The notes under the pieces: generated by a model
The model's input: only the letters and a program-made list of their open reading frames with translations
What the model was told of the DNA's origin: nothing
The model's database searches: none
Source of the DNA: Eledone cirrhosa
Lineage: Eukaryota
Assembly: GCA_964016885.1 (NCBI GenBank)
Contig: OZ024741.1
Coordinates: 85,870,001 to 85,934,000, forward strand
DNA length: 64,000 bases
Reading direction: 5' to 3'
Part shown: piece after piece, positions 38,271-51,957 of the stretch
Layout: each line of letters starts with the position of its first letter
How positions within the stretch are numbered: position 1 is the stretch's first letter
Position numbers and translations under genes: made by a program

Positions 38271-41200
38271 TCACATGAAAACAGTTTGGCAGAGTTTTTT
38301 GGGGCCAGTGGACTCTTCGACCGGAACGGGTCGTGGTCTTGTATGTAGGTGAAGGTGGGGCAGAAGGAGCAGGTGTATGCACAAGAGAGAAAGATTGGGT
38401 ATTTGTGGCTCGGGTGTATGAGTGTTATTGTATGCCCTTTTTAGTCTATCCACCGAAATTGTCTCTCTGGACCCCTTAAGGTCTACAGTGAAATGTTTTA
38501 TCAGTACGTGCTAACACACGGTAGGGTCCAGAGTACGGTTGTGTGAGGGGTGGAGTAACCGCATCGTTTCTGACGAATACATGTGTCCACGAGGCAATAT
38601 CCCTCGGGACTGCAGCTTTAATAGTTTGTTTCCTAGTATTCATGGGCGGTAAGTTCTGAAAATAGGAGTGCAAACGAGATACGTAGGAAACAGGGTCCTG
38701 GAAAGCAAGATCAACAGGGGCAAGCATTTGCCCAGGCAACGTTAGAGGAGCACCATACAGTAATTCGGCCGGGGAGAACCCAAGGTCCTCCTTTATTGAT
38801 GACCGAATTCTTAACAACACAATAGGAAGGTAGTCGCTCCAACGTTGAGAGTCTCGATAGGCGCGAAGAGCGGCCTTTAATTGGCGGTGGAATCGTTCCA
38901 CCATTCCGTTTGAAGCAGGATGATAAGCTGTGGTCCGAATCCGTTGAGCACCAATGATCTTTGTGAGCTCAAAGAAGAGATGAGACTCAAATTGTCTACC
39001 ACGGTCTGTGGTGACTGTAGTTGGTACCCCAAAGCGGGTAATCCACCCCGATACCAGGGCACGCGCTACAGTCTCAGCAGTTATATCTTTTAAGGGGATG
39101 GCTTCAGGCCATCGCGAAAAACGATCGATTCAAGTCAAGAGGTACGAATATCCACTGCTGAATGGCCAAGGTCCAACGATATCAATGTGGATGTGTTGAA
39201 ACCGAGAATCTGGAGTACTGAAAGTACCAAGTGGAGTCCGGATATATCTGTGGATTTTAGATCTCTGACACTGTGTGCAGGAACGGCACCAGACAGTCAT
39301 TTCTCGCCTCATATGGGCCAGAAAAATTTAGCCGTTATAAGCTTTACTGTGGCAGAAATTCCTGGGTGAGAAATGCTGTGCAAAGCAAGGAACACAATTC
39401 GACGGTGAGTCTCAGGAACAAATGGTCGTGGTGAATCCGTAGATACATCACATATAATCTGCCTGTCGGTGGTCGACAAGGGCAGATATTTGAAGATGCA
39501 AGTCGCAAATTCGGCAGAAAGAGTATCCAACGATTGGAGTGCAGGTTGGTCTGCAGCTAAACGACCTAAGTCGATCTCCTGGGATGACGAGATGGAGCTG
39601 ATTTGCAAACGTGACAATGCGTCTGCAGCTATGTTATGCGAGCCTCAATGTGCTGGATATCATTTGTAAATTGCGAAACGTAATCCAGGTGCCTTGTCTC
39701 TCTGGGCGAATATCTGTCGGCTTTAGCCCTCAAAGCGAAGGTCAGAGGTTTGTGGTCGGTTAAAACAGTAAAATGTCTCCCCTCAAGAATATGAGAGAAA
39801 CGTTTCACCGACAGATATATGGCTAATAATTCCCGCCCAAACGTGCTGTAACGCGTTTCTGCTGGTTTCAGCTTCCTTGAGAAAAATGCCAAAGGTTGTT
39901 GGTTTCCAGTGTTGTACTGCTGTAAAACTGCTCCCACAGCGGTATCAGATGCATCAACACAAAGCGAAAGCTTGGCCTCTGGTACCGGGTGGGCTAGCAA
40001 AGATGAACTAGCGAGTGCTGTCTTGGCAGTCTGGAAGTCTTGAAGCTGTCCTTGTTCAAGGAAATATCCTCATTCTTCTTACGACGATTTTAGAAAATGT
40101 CAGTAAGGGAAGATAGCAAATTAGCACAATGAGGAACGAAACGCTTATAGAAATTGATTAGGCCTAAGAAGTGACGCAACTGGTGAAGTGTAGTAGGCGA
40201 AGGTAAATCCTGTATGGCTTGAACTCGCTGAGGGAGCGGTCTATTACCTTCGGTGTCAATGAGGTGGCCTAAAAAATTTAGCGAAGTGGAACCGAAAACA
40301 CACTTTGTGGGATTCACACGAACACGATAATCCAAAAGTCGCCGAAATAAGAGATGCATGTGGCGCATATGCTCTTCGGGAGAGGAACTAGCGACGAGAA
40401 TGTCGTCTATGTAAGCATAAACGAAGTCCAGACCACGAGTGACTTCGTCTATGAACCGCTAAAAAGTGCTAGCGGCGTTCCTGAGTCCGAAAAGCATGGT
40501 CAAAAATTCGAAGGATCCAAAAGGAGCTGTAATCGCCGTTTTCGGAATATCCTCCTTCCTGACCGGAATTTGGTGGTAGGCTCGCACTAAATCTAGTTTT
40601 GAGAAAATCTTACACCCCTGCAATGAAGATGCGAAATCCTGGAGATGGGGAATGGGATACTATCCGGGACGGTCATAGCATTTAACCTCCTATAATCCCA
40701 AGTGGGTCTCCAGTCGCCGGAAGTCTTGGGTACCATGTGTAACGGTGAAGCCCAAGGACTCGTAGATGGGCGAATAATGCCCAGCTGCAGCATATGGTCG
40801 AACTCGGACCGTGCTGCCTTTAATTTGTCTGCCGGTAAGCGGCGAGGACGCGAAAACACTGGAGCACCAGTGGTGGAAATGAAATGTTCAGTTGAGTGTG
40901 TTGGCTCAGTGACTCGAAAATGTCCGTCGGTGAGCTCCGGGAAAGAACCTAACAACGAATGGTAAGCGTCTCCAGCGGCAGCGATGAAGAATGGGGGGGG
41001 GGATGACTGTTGGAGCATTGGCTTTTCGGCCACCAATTGAAAAACCGGGGATGTCATCCACTAGGCGTTGGCCACAGACGTCCACAGTCAAAGAGAAGTT
41101 GTGGAGGAAATCCGCTCCTAACATAGGGTATGGCAAATCGGCAACCGTAAAAATCCACTTAAAATCCCTACGAAGATTTAGGAATTTGAGAGGAAGCGAG

Positions 41201-41660
41201 ATTTGTCCGTACGTCTTTATAGACGAGTGATTAACGGCCTGCAGAGTAACGGATAACTCTACGGGGGTATCTTTCAGGCAATGAACCGGCCAAATACTAC
41301 AGGAGGCTCCTGTATCCACGAAGAAACCTCTTCCCGGCCTAAGGTCCTTAATGAAGAAATGGTGGCTTGGTGGCTTTATATTAAGGTCAACTGCTCCCAT
41401 CAGCGGACTTCTTTGGCGTTTTCCGCCTTATGAAACGAGCAAGGTTGCACGCAGTGGTTCGCGCTCTCGGCAAATTGCTCATGGTACCAGCATAAAGATG
41501 AAGCTGGTGATTTGGGGCGGCGTCTAAAAGATTGAGATCTCCCGCGGCTGCGCGGGCGCGAACGGGCACCACACCAGACCTTCATCTTCTGGAGCTCCAA
41601 GGTGAGTTCCTGAATGGACTTCTGCATCGCCATAATGGCTGAGTGAGATGCCATTGTTAT
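38271..41660 (-). pseudogene. Gypsy gag remnant plus pol (protease, RT, RNase H, integrase), multiple frameshifts
   Basis: FVDTGAS; [12 protein letters not shown]; YAYIDDILVA; VDASDTAVGAVL..ELLAIY..TDHKPL; HSISHPG..CRSCTQCQRSK; HIDIVGP; VERFHRQLK; PYSGPYRVL. Confidence 0.93.
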
Positions 41661-42186
41661 ACCGTAGGTAATCTGCCAAAAAAAAAAAAAATCGTCTCTG
41701 TTTGGAAAAATGTCTCCAATACAACAGAAAAGGAAAACAAAATCGCTTATTTTTCTGTCAAACAACTGGACAGGAAAAATAATGCATCCGAGACTACTTG
41801 CAAAGGAGCGATTAACCGAGCGATGTCATTAACAAGGTATAGGCAAGGAATTTAAAACTAAAACCAACATGGCGGACTATTTCGCGCCAAAAACACTATT
41901 GATGGAGAAGAAAGCGGCCATCTTGTCATCCTCAAAATTTTTAGCCAGAGAAAAGAAGAAAAGGAGAAAAAAAAAGAAAAAACATTCATACAATTGGTTT
42001 GTTTGTGTGTGAATAATTTGGATGTTCGTTTTGCACGTATGAAGAGTTTGATATTAAGTGTTACAGAAAAATATGTTTAGATCGGTCAATACAGCCATAT
42101 CAGAATCAAGTGTGTTGTTCTGTATTAAATTTTTTTTTTCTTCTCTTTTAAAAAATTTTTTTTTTTTTTAAACGTCAGGTCACTAA

Positions 42187-42676
42187 TTTAGGATATTTGT
42201 ATCAGTGTATATATATATTATCAAGAATGACAATAAATGCAGGTGAGTGTTGTGACATGGTTTTACTTCACAGAAGTCAAATAAATTAATATAAATAATT
42301 GTTACCACATGTTGATGGTCAGTTGGTCACAACTCCCAGACTGCAGTGTGTAGAGAAGAACAGAAATCTTCTCTTGGTAAAGTTCAAGTGTTTCTTTAGG
42401 CTGCCGGCGCAGGAAGTGAGACAGGAGTCATCTCTTGACAAGGTGTTCTTCTTGTTCCTTCGAAGTTCAGGATGCGAGAGAGTTATGCCTTGATTGTCCT
42501 CAAATATATAGTCCCCAGGGGGCGCAACTCCATTTAGTACATGGATCTTCCACAGGGAGTCGCGACCGTCACAAAGGGACGCAACTGCTATACGTATCTG
42601 CCACTGGGAGTCACGACCGTCGCAAAGGGACGCAACTCCTATACGTGCTGAGTTACAGTCATAAGGAGCCGCTAGA
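42187..42676 (-). repeat. 5' LTR of Gypsy element
   Basis: Direct repeat of 37593-38081, adjacent to the PBS. Confidence 0.92.
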
Positions 42677-42955
42677 GTCTGTATCATTTATCTGTTATTT
42701 CTTCGAAGTTACATTTTAAACTTAGCTCCGTTTAAATGATTATTTATCTAGTTAATTTCTACGGACTAGGGAGAAGAAAAATTGAGTATATTTTACCTGA
42801 CTGTTCTTCAAACTTACAATTTTATATAGCTCTGATTAATGATTATTTGATTAATTAATGTTTTCATTGAGCCACACCGTGAATGGTAGCCACACTCATA
42901 TATGTATCTGTGACTATGTCTAAATATATACATATATCGCTATGAATTTTTATAT

Positions 42956-43068
<113 letters not shown>

Positions 43069-43495
43069 TTGGAAATAGCATGGAAAATATATTTAAGGAT
43101 CTGTTTTTCTTTTTTTTTCTTCTTTTTTTTTCTTCTTTTTTTTTCTTCTTTTTTTTCTTCTTTTTTTTTCTTCTTCGTCAAAGTTACATTACTGAAAAAA
43201 TGAGAGGGAAAATTCTTTTTAAAAAGAGTTTTATAATGTTTATAAAGTATATAAAGTATAACCGGTTTCGATGTATTAGTAAAATTCATCTTATCAAATG
43301 TTGAATATTACAATTAAAAAGAATTAATAAGAATTAAAAATTAAAGATTTAAAATTAAGTGTTAAGGTAAGTTTTTTCATCTTCCTTGTTCTGGAAAATG
43401 AACTCTTGTATATATATATATACATTATGAAGAGAGAAGAAACATTTAGATATAATTAGTAATAAAATGTATCATACCTAAACTGCTCCTAAATT

Positions 43496-43581
43496 CCTCG
43501 ACTACGTAGTTTCGTGGCATAAACAAAAACAATATATCAAAGATATAGAGTCCCTGCGAGGTCTGCCGACTTATCAAGAGG
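43496..43581 (-). ncRNA. Degenerate hammerhead motif
   Basis: CCTC-TTGATAA-GTCGGCA...TGCCAC-GAAA-CTACGTAG-TC-GAGG; core CTGATGA altered at two positions; palindromic stem III. Confidence 0.6.
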
Positions 43582-45574
43582 ATACCTCATTTTACTAGTC
43601 TCAAGAACGCGTCTACACGACGTGAGAAAGAATCCCAAAAGGCGGAGGGGGAGATAGTCACGCGATATAACGGTCGAGAAACAGAGCTAAGCCTCTTATA
43701 ACCACGAAGAAAATACCACGGAGGCGGAGGGGGTATTCATATCGAGGCCGTAGAAGAGGTGGTGAAGAAGGCGAGAAGTATGAGTAATGGAAGCTTTCCA
43801 GTTGTCCCCACACTTCAAAGATTGCTCGACCAGAGGGAGTTATTAACAATATATTTAGAAACACACAGATACATGCGGACACACACATATATACATGAAT
43901 GCATCCGCACCCAACTGTGAGTTTCTAAATATATTATATATATATATATATATATAAGAAAAGGAAGAGAGGTCGTATCACATATTCAACATCAGTTTAT
44001 TTCATTACATCATACCTATCGTACATTTCTCATACCTATCATACATTTCAAAGGCAACAAAAGGTCATTATGCTACATTCACCTAATGCGTCGTCGTCAG
44101 ACAGCTGTTTAAATGTAAAGAAAAATAGTTTTATTTTTATTATTGATATGTCTGCCATCTAAGAGATATTGACATTTCAGTTTCAGGCAAGCATATGCTT
44201 ATCGAATGCTAGCTCTGGCAAGACAATGAGCAGTGGGAGGCGCTACTATGTGGAAATAGGTAGTGGAAGTAGGTCTGTGTACTAAAGTGGTGAGCCTATT
44301 ATATCTTTGGTCAATAGATCTGATTTTTAAAAAATGATAAACCAATTGATTAATCTATTTTTTAGCATTATGCTTTTATCAGTTAGCTCTCAGGTGTCCC
44401 ATATCACTATCACGTATCTCTATAGTACACGGTAATTAATAGTAGTTATTGTTAGAAGAAATAACTCGAATAACTAGTTTACTTTTGATATAAAATTTAC
44501 TCCACTTCAGTGAAAAAGAACAACAAATAACTTAAAACGAGTCGCAAAGGTTGACGATGTTATTTTGTTGTTGATGTGAAAACAGCGAGCGACCAGATAA
44601 TGTTTGTTGGTGGTTGCAGTCAGTGGTAGAAGTTCTCGTCGCTCTCTCTCTTCCACCGGCTATTTATATCCCCAGCTTCCTGTCCCCTGCTTCGAGGGAT
44701 CGCTCATGTATCAACTTGTTTACGCCAAAAGGGTGGTGACCTAGAATTTGATCTTTAGGTGTCACCCAGGGCTCGAGGTGTGGACAGGTTTCGCTACAAA
44801 TATAAGCTGTTGCACAGTGGGTGCTTAAACTAAAGCGTGCCTTGAGTCTTTTTGTTAATTTCTTGGTTGATCTCTTCGTCGATGGATTTTATTTTAGAAA
44901 AAATACAATGATAGATGTTTTTAGAAACAATCACTCCCCAATCCCCACCCCCACCCCGAAATTTCTGCTAGGGATGGAATTATTATCTCAATAACTCTTA
45001 ATCATCTTAGTGGCAAAAAACAAGGTCAATGTTGATGATTTATTCTAAGAAAAAATACCAAGATAGATATTTTTAGAAGCAATCACCCCCCACTCCCGAT
45101 CAATTCTAAGGTCACCCGGCTTTTCAAACCAATCCCAGCTGGAACTTGCACCCACTCCTCAAAGGGCTTCTCACAGCAGCCAGCCAACACTCCGTCTTCC
45201 TCTCCTCTTCTCCCCTCCTCCCTCTTCTCTTCTCCCCTCCCCTCCTCCCTCTACCCTCTCTTACTACCTGTCACAACCAAGCTATAAACAGGGTATGATG
45301 GACAGAGAAATGACCTCTCTTCTCTGAATGAACATGTATGTAAAAATTAATTTTTCTTCCCCTTTTTATTTTCATTGTCTTCATTATTATTATTATCACT
45401 ATTTGTACAAATATGCAACTTAACAATATTCTGCATATCCGCAATTGACAATGCATTTAATGCTGAAACCGGTATTGTAAATAAATTAATGTGTTGATAT
45501 CTCACTGAAAAATATCTCTTCAATATTTTCTACTGAAAGAATCTTTTTTCCTTTCTACTATATATATATATATA

Positions 45575-46114
45575 TTGTTATACTTTGGGAAGGTCATGTT
45601 GCCAATAAGAAACACACGCACCAGTTGCTTTCACTTCAATTTATTATAATAAATGTATAAATTTAGGAATTTATAAATTTCCGGTTGGTTGGTTGGTTCC
45701 ACAACCAGATGGTTGTTTATATATTGTCAAAGTTCTTTCGTCACACATTCTGTGACCTCTTCAGTGACAGGGGATTCTTTTCTTTGTTTTTGTGCTTCTC
45801 CTTTGAAACAAGATGGCGTAGGACAGAACAAAGGAGAGGCACAAAAACAAAGAAAAGAATCCCCAGTCACTGAAGAGGTCACAGAATGTGTGACGAAAGA
45901 ACTTTGACAATATATAAACAACCATCTGGTTGTGGAACCAACCAACCAACCGGAAATTTATAAATTCCTAAATTTATAAATTTATTATAATAAATTGAAG
46001 TGAAAGCAACTGGTGCGTGTGTTTCTTATTGGCAACATGATCCTCCCAAAGTCTAACAATATCGGTTTCAACACACGTTTTCAGATAAAGAATCTTGCTA
46101 AACAAATTCAGAAA

Positions 46115-46117
<3 letters not shown>
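45575..46117. mobile_element. Fold-back pair of PLE-A pseudo-LTRs (no ORF body) between TA tracts
   Basis: Both arms match 16101-16370 / 22520-22768; centre ~45805; each arm carries the PLE-A hammerhead. Confidence 0.9.
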
Positions 46118-46158
<41 letters not shown>

Positions 46159-46383
46159 CCAAGGCTTTTTGCCCATATGAGTCTGTGAGTATTGATTTAT
46201 TATTTTCTAGATCGTACAGGCAGACCTTATGTTGTTGAATTAAGATTTTTCACTCTAGCGATCTTATTAGTCAATTGCAACTAAAACATGTAAATGTTCA
46301 TCAAATATTAATTTATACTGCTCAGAAGCGATTCCTAGAGCTGAAATGATTGTAAATGACTTCTTTGAGTCTAAACTCTAAGC

Positions 46384-46457
<74 letters not shown>

Positions 46458-46477
46458 TTATTATTATTATTATTATT

Positions 46478-46871
46478 AAATAACAGGAGGCTGGACTGGT
46501 GTTATTCCTTAAAAGGTTTATTATACTATGAACATTTCAATGACCGGGTTCAGTATGAATCCGGTGACACCATCAGGTATTCGAAATATAACAAAGGAAT
46601 ATAATAGACAAAATCCATGGGGCTGAAAATCAGAGGCATGAGGGCGACCGAACATTTAGCAGCTTCTACGTCGGTCGGCCGCCCCCAAGTTGCTAAATGT
46701 TCGGTCGCCCTCATGTCTCTGATTTTCAGCCCCATGGATTTTGTCTATTATATTCCTTTGTTATATTTCGAATACCTGATGTCACCGGATTCATACTGAA
46801 CCCGGTCATTGAAATGATCATAGTATAATAAACCTTTTAAGGAATTACACCAGTCCAGCCTCCTGTTATTT
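46478..46871. repeat. ~390-bp fold-back palindrome with damaged hammerhead in each arm
   Basis: Near-perfect arms with loop ~46662-46688. ATAC-CTGATG(G)..CCGG..CCGG..GAAA-TGATCA-TA-GTAT-AATAAA at 46772-46826(+) and 46523-46580(-). Confidence 0.85.
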
Positions 46872-47119
46872 TATAATAATTAATTCCGTACTCGCACCAC
46901 CAACTACACAAACGAAGACGGGTGAGTTGCATTACGTTGAGTGCTCTCCATAATATTACATCGAGGTTGACCATACGGAATGACCAGCTCTATCCAGTGG
47001 TGAACCAACAAACCTAAATATATATATATATATGCAGAGGTTATATTTAATTTGTTGGGATTCAATAAGCTTTAAAATGTTTATAACTGATATAAAGCAC
47101 TCAACTGATAGTGGAGAAA

Positions 47120-47482
47120 ATATACAATATATTAATAAATGGAAACTATATTTATAAAACCATAATTAATTGATTATATATATTTCAAGGGCGACCAAGG
47201 TAAATTATGGTGCGCTTTCATCAGATAAAATACAGATTTGTTTTATAAATAAATATTGACATACGTGGAAAAAAGACAACCTCAACGGTTGAAATTCACT
47301 ATCCAGCGAATTTCAACCGTTGAGGTTGTCTTTTTTCTGGGTATGTCAATATTTATTTATAAAACAAATCTATTTTATCTGATGAAAGCGCACCATAATT
47401 TACCTTGGTCGCCCTTGAAATATATATAATAAAATAATAATGGTTTTATAAATATAGTTTCCATTTATTAATATATTGTATA

Positions 47483-47483
<1 letters not shown>
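47120..47483. repeat. ~360-bp fold-back palindrome of a PLE-like terminus
   Basis: Arms centred on gaaattc-actatccagc-gaatttc (~47291-47314). Confidence 0.88.
47373..47434 (+). ncRNA. Type I hammerhead motif
   Basis: TTTTAT-CTGATGA-AAGCG...CGCCCTT-GAAA-TATATA-TA-ATAAAA; mirror copy in the left arm. Confidence 0.72.
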
Positions 47484-47545
<62 letters not shown>

Positions 47546-48029
47546 TTTCTCCCTCTTGCTGTTTTTCTTCCTTTCTTTTGTTTCCCTTTTTTCTTTTGTT
47601 TCATTTATAACCCTCGTTCTATAAGAGGCACCACACTTTTGCCTTGACGCCCCATAAAATTCTGTGTACTTGTAGATTAATTGCTATGAATTACTGTTTT
47701 CTCTCTCGTCTCTTACTGCACCGAACACCGTTTAACGTATGTCAGACGCTGTGACCCCGAGTGGACTAGTAGTATCGTTTGTAGGGGTCGAAACGGCAAA
47801 AGTCCATCTCAACGGCTGATGACCCTGGGGTTCTGGGTCCTTCGTTTGTATGTTTACTTTAAAAAATTATATTTTTAAGGTTACCCCTTAAAAAATTGTT
47901 TTTTTGTTTTGCCTTGTTCCCGTTCGTTGTGTTCTTCTCTCTTTTTTAATTTTTCAAAAGTTTATATATATATTATAATATATACATGTACATATGCATA
48001 TAAATATATATTATATGTACATATACATA

Positions 48030-48133
<104 letters not shown>

Positions 48134-48148
48134 CACATATACATATGC

Positions 48149-48179
<31 letters not shown>

Positions 48180-48229
48180 TATGGATATATATATATATAT
48201 TCACAGATATACATACACATATATATATG

Positions 48230-48261
<32 letters not shown>

Positions 48262-48344
48262 TATGAATATATATATATATTCACACATATACATACACAT
48301 ATATTGGCTCCTTCGGTTGAGCACTCTACTGACTTATATTCATC

Positions 48345-50474
48345 ATGCAGAAACAACATCTGAATATTTCTACAAAGAACATACCCGTACCAAGCAGGAA
48401 AACATATCTAAAACTCCTGATACAGAAAACAGACGCGTTCATTAAAAGGTTGCGTTGGCGTGCCTTTTATTTCGATAATCCGCGAAAAGCAGACAACAAA
48501 CAGGATAAATTTGGATTTAAAACTTATAATAACCCCCCGTGTAACCCAGCATTGCTACCCTTCGAAAATGATGTCTTGGAACTCATTCGGAATATCAAAT
48601 TTCGGAATAGGAGCAATTCCTTCCAGCAAGACCTGAAGAATAGAATTCGTTCTATTAAGGATTCTAACGCCGTGCACGTCCATTCCGACAAAACTGGCAA
48701 CCTATATCAAGTGGAGCGCAGTACTTACCATCAACTACTACATAATGCTGTAACTAAGGATTACCGTAAAACTAATCGGTGCGTCATCAATGAAATCAAC
48801 GATGCTGGGTTTAAAATCACATCTGATCTCAACATCCTGGACCGGACCGAACCTCTGGACCCTATCTCTCCCCACTTTACCCTGAAGGATCACAAATCCA
48901 ATTTTCCGAACAACCCCTCTATTCGGCTTATTAACCCTACGAAGTCCGATTTAGGTAGACTTAGTAAAACGATTCTAGATAGAATTATACCTGAAATTAG
49001 AAGTTTGGCCCCTCTCGCACTGTGGAACAATTCTTTCGCGGTGATTGATTGGTTCAACAGCATATGTAACAAGGAACATTGCCGTTTTATCCAATTCGAC
49101 ATCAACAATTACTACTCCTCCATCACTTTACCACTTCTCCTCAGAGCTATCAATTTCGCTAAAACACTCACAGTGGTTAAGGATTTTGAAGTTGATGTCA
49201 TCCTTAATGCCCGAAAGTCGGTGATTAATTTCGACGACTCTATTTGGATTAAAAAATCCAATAGTACCCCATTCGACGTGAGTATGGGCGCCAGTGACTC
49301 TGCGGAGATTACTGATCTTATTGGCCTTTTCCTTCTTTTCTCTATCAAGGACGAATTCCCCAACGCGGGCGGTGGTTTGTACCGTGACGATGGTCTTTTG
49401 ACCATGACTAAGTGCGGACCTCGTGCTTGCGACAGGTTCAGAAAAGAACTCACAGGCTTCTTTAAAGGCTTCAACCTCTCTATACAGGTTGAGGCCAATC
49501 TCTCGGTCGTTAATTACCTCGACGTTACCCTCAATTTATTGAATGGGTTGTATTACCCGTATAGAAAGCCGAATGATACGCTTAATTACATAAGTAAGCA
49601 TTCCAACCATCCTGCCAGCATAACCAAGAACCTGGTAAGAAACGTTTCGTTGAGGCTTTCCCGTCTTTCCACCAACGAGCGCATTTTCAACGACCATTCC
49701 ACTTATTACAATGAAGCTCTTGCTCGAAGTGGATTTGTCGATAAGGTAGCATATACAGAGTACGAGAATAGACCTAGAAGAAATAGATCTCGTCGCATTT
49801 GTTGGTTTAACCCACCATATAATATGGAGGTGGCCACACCATTAGCTAAGATCTTTCTTTCCCTTATTACGAAGCATTTTCCCCCTACACATAAATATAG
49901 TAAAATCTTTAATAGAAATACTATTAAAATGTCTTACTCTACGACTCCTAACCTTGCACATAACATCACAGCTTCAAATTTAGCTAAACTACCTAGCCGT
50001 AGGAACACGTGCAACCCTGTCGTTAGTACTAACTGTAATTGTAGGAATCGGGCTGATTGCCCCCTATCCGGGAAATGCTTCTCTAGTAACATTGTCTACA
50101 AGTGTAAGGTTGTAACACCCACGTCCCGTAGGGCCTACATAGGGTTAACCCCCAATAGTTTCAAGCAGCGTCTTTACATGCATACCCATTCTTTTCGTTA
50201 CCCTCTAAGAAGGAATATGACGTCACTTTCAGCTTATATCTGGAGTCTAAAAGACAACCACACCCAATATAAGTTACACTGGGAGATCCTAGCTAGGGCT
50301 AGATCGTATAACGGAAATAAAAGACCATGTGACCTCTGCGCCGCTGAGGCCCTGGAAATACTCTACGCCACAGACCACATCTTAAACAAAAAATTTGAGG
50401 CAATTTCGGCTTGTAAACATAAATTGCACAAAACTTTCCTGTATTACAGCCCCACGTTATACCCTAACGGATAG
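48345..50474 (+). CDS. Intact Naiad-type Penelope-like RT plus GIY-YIG endonuclease (709 aa)
   Basis: [21 protein letters not shown]; DKT motif; FDINNYY; [18 protein letters not shown]; LYRDDGL; WFNPPY; CNCR..CPL; NIVYKC..YIGLT..FKQR; CDLC..E. Confidence 0.93.
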   Translation: MQKQHLNISTKNIPVPSRKTYLKLLIQKTDAFIKRLRWRAFYFDNPRKADNKQDKFGFKTYNNPPCNPALLPFENDVLELIRNIKFRNRSNSFQQDLKNRIRSIKDSNAVHVHSDKTGNLYQVERSTYHQLLHNAVTKDYRKTNRCVINEINDAGFKITSDLNILDRTEPLDPISPHFTLKDHKSNFPNNPSIRLINPTKSDLGRLSKTILDRIIPEIRSLAPLALWNNSFAVIDWFNSICNKEHCRFIQFDINNYYSSITLPLLLRAINFAKTLTVVKDFEVDVILNARKSVINFDDSIWIKKSNSTPFDVSMGASDSAEITDLIGLFLLFSIKDEFPNAGGGLYRDDGLLTMTKCGPRACDRFRKELTGFFKGFNLSIQVEANLSVVNYLDVTLNLLNGLYYPYRKPNDTLNYISKHSNHPASITKNLVRNVSLRLSRLSTNERIFNDHSTYYNEALARSGFVDKVAYTEYENRPRRNRSRRICWFNPPYNMEVATPLAKIFLSLITKHFPPTHKYSKIFNRNTIKMSYSTTPNLAHNITASNLAKLPSRRNTCNPVVSTNCNCRNRADCPLSGKCFSSNIVYKCKVVTPTSRRAYIGLTPNSFKQRLYMHTHSFRYPLRRNMTSLSAYIWSLKDNHTQYKLHWEILARARSYNGNKRPCDLCAAEALEILYATDHILNKKFEAISACKHKLHKTFLYYSPTLYPNG

Positions 50475-51401
50475 CACGATCTATACGTGGATATTTTACG
50501 TCTTGATGTGGGAGCTAAGTATATGTTTGTTTATTCCTTTACTTATTTGCATAGGTAAGTATATATTACCCATATGTTTTGTGAAGGTATGTATACCTTC
50601 TCGTACGTATATTTGACTGTTATGGCGTATCATTTTTACATATTCTGATATTCAGGGTTTGGCTATGTGTATACGGGAGTTTTGCGTCCGAGTGAGTATG
50701 CAGGTTCGTACGTATGGTGGGTGTGTGTATATGTGTACTTCTTGTTTTAGTTGACTCACGTCTCCGAACATTCGTGTATTTATATGTAGGTATGTGTGTG
50801 CGCTTGTTATATAGGTATTTATTTACTTATATACGTTTATATAATTATTTATTTATTTGTACACAAGCATACACACACACACATATTCATATGTGCGTGG
50901 TTTTGTATACATATGGTAAGGTTTTGCGTATGCTTGTGTATGTACGTATCTGTTTGCGTGTATGTATTTATTTGTTTCTATTACTTCTGTATTGTATTTA
51001 TTTACTTTGTTCTTAACTCTGTAGCGGAGATTCATTTGGTCTCCTAGTTAGAATTTTAGTCTACGACTTCTGCTATACCATTTACGTGGTTTTGTCTTTG
51101 CGTGCTTTTGTTCTCCACGCTCCACATATGACTTATTATCTTCGTTTTTTCGTTCATTGCCAGAGAACGTCTCTATGCACCACCTAAGAGAACATTAGTC
51201 TACGACCTCTTTTATACCATAAACGTGGTTCTGTCTTTGCGCGTAATTGTTTTTCACCGCTCCTATTAATGACGTATTATTCGTTTTTTCCCGTTCTTTG
51301 CCAGCGAACGTTACCACGAACCAAAGTATCGTCTTCCTGTCTTCCTCCGGTTGCAACGTTTTTTTAAATATCCACTTCTGCGTTTACAGATTGACTTTGT
51401 T

Positions 51402-51452
51402 AGTTTCAGAAGATCCCGTTAAGGGTGAAAGCAGCGATTCTTTGCTTAAACT
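51402..51452 (+). ncRNA. Variant hammerhead motif (core CAGAAGA) at Naiad 3' end
   Basis: AGTTT-CAGAAGA-TCCC-GTTAA-GGGT-GAAA-GCA-GCGATTCTT-TGC-TT-AAACT; identical copy at 53409-53459(-). Confidence 0.68.
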
Positions 51453-51468
51453 TTAATCTGTTATTTTA

Positions 51469-51559
<91 letters not shown>

Positions 51560-51617
51560 CATATATATATATATGCATATATATATATATATATGCATAT
51601 ATATATATATATATATA

Positions 51618-51701
<84 letters not shown>

Positions 51702-51735
51702 TATATATATATATATATGCATATATATATATATG

Positions 51736-51791
<56 letters not shown>

Positions 51792-51825
51792 CATATATAT
51801 ATATATGCATATATATATATATATA

Positions 51826-51897
<72 letters not shown>

Positions 51898-51957
51898 TAT
51901 ATATATATATATATATATGCATATATATATATATATATATATGCAAATATATATATA

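Larger units (their letters stand above)
37593..42676 (-). mobile_element. Ty3/Gypsy LTR retrotransposon, CsRn1-like, decayed
   Basis: LTRs 37593-38081 and 42187-42676; TSD GTCT at 37589-37592 and 42677-42680; degenerate tRNA-Trp-like PBS (tagtgacctgacgt) at ~42172-42185; PPT ~38085-38095; gag CHCC motif CWYHEQFAESANHCVQPC; domain order PR-RT-RH-IN. Confidence 0.93.

Noticed and set aside
43958-44110. Possible hammerhead on minus strand (CTGACGA...GAAATGTA) followed by AATAAA
   Set aside because: Stems I and III are too degenerate to call, although the context resembles the other termini.
44500-44700. Minus-strand TATA-like box (TATAAATA ~44661-44668) and possible host 5' exon
   Set aside because: No linked ORF or transcript evidence, and such motifs are common in AT-rich DNA.
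50475-51400. SECIS/selenoprotein in the Naiad element
   Set aside because: The ORF has no in-frame TGA and no convincing SECIS was seen.
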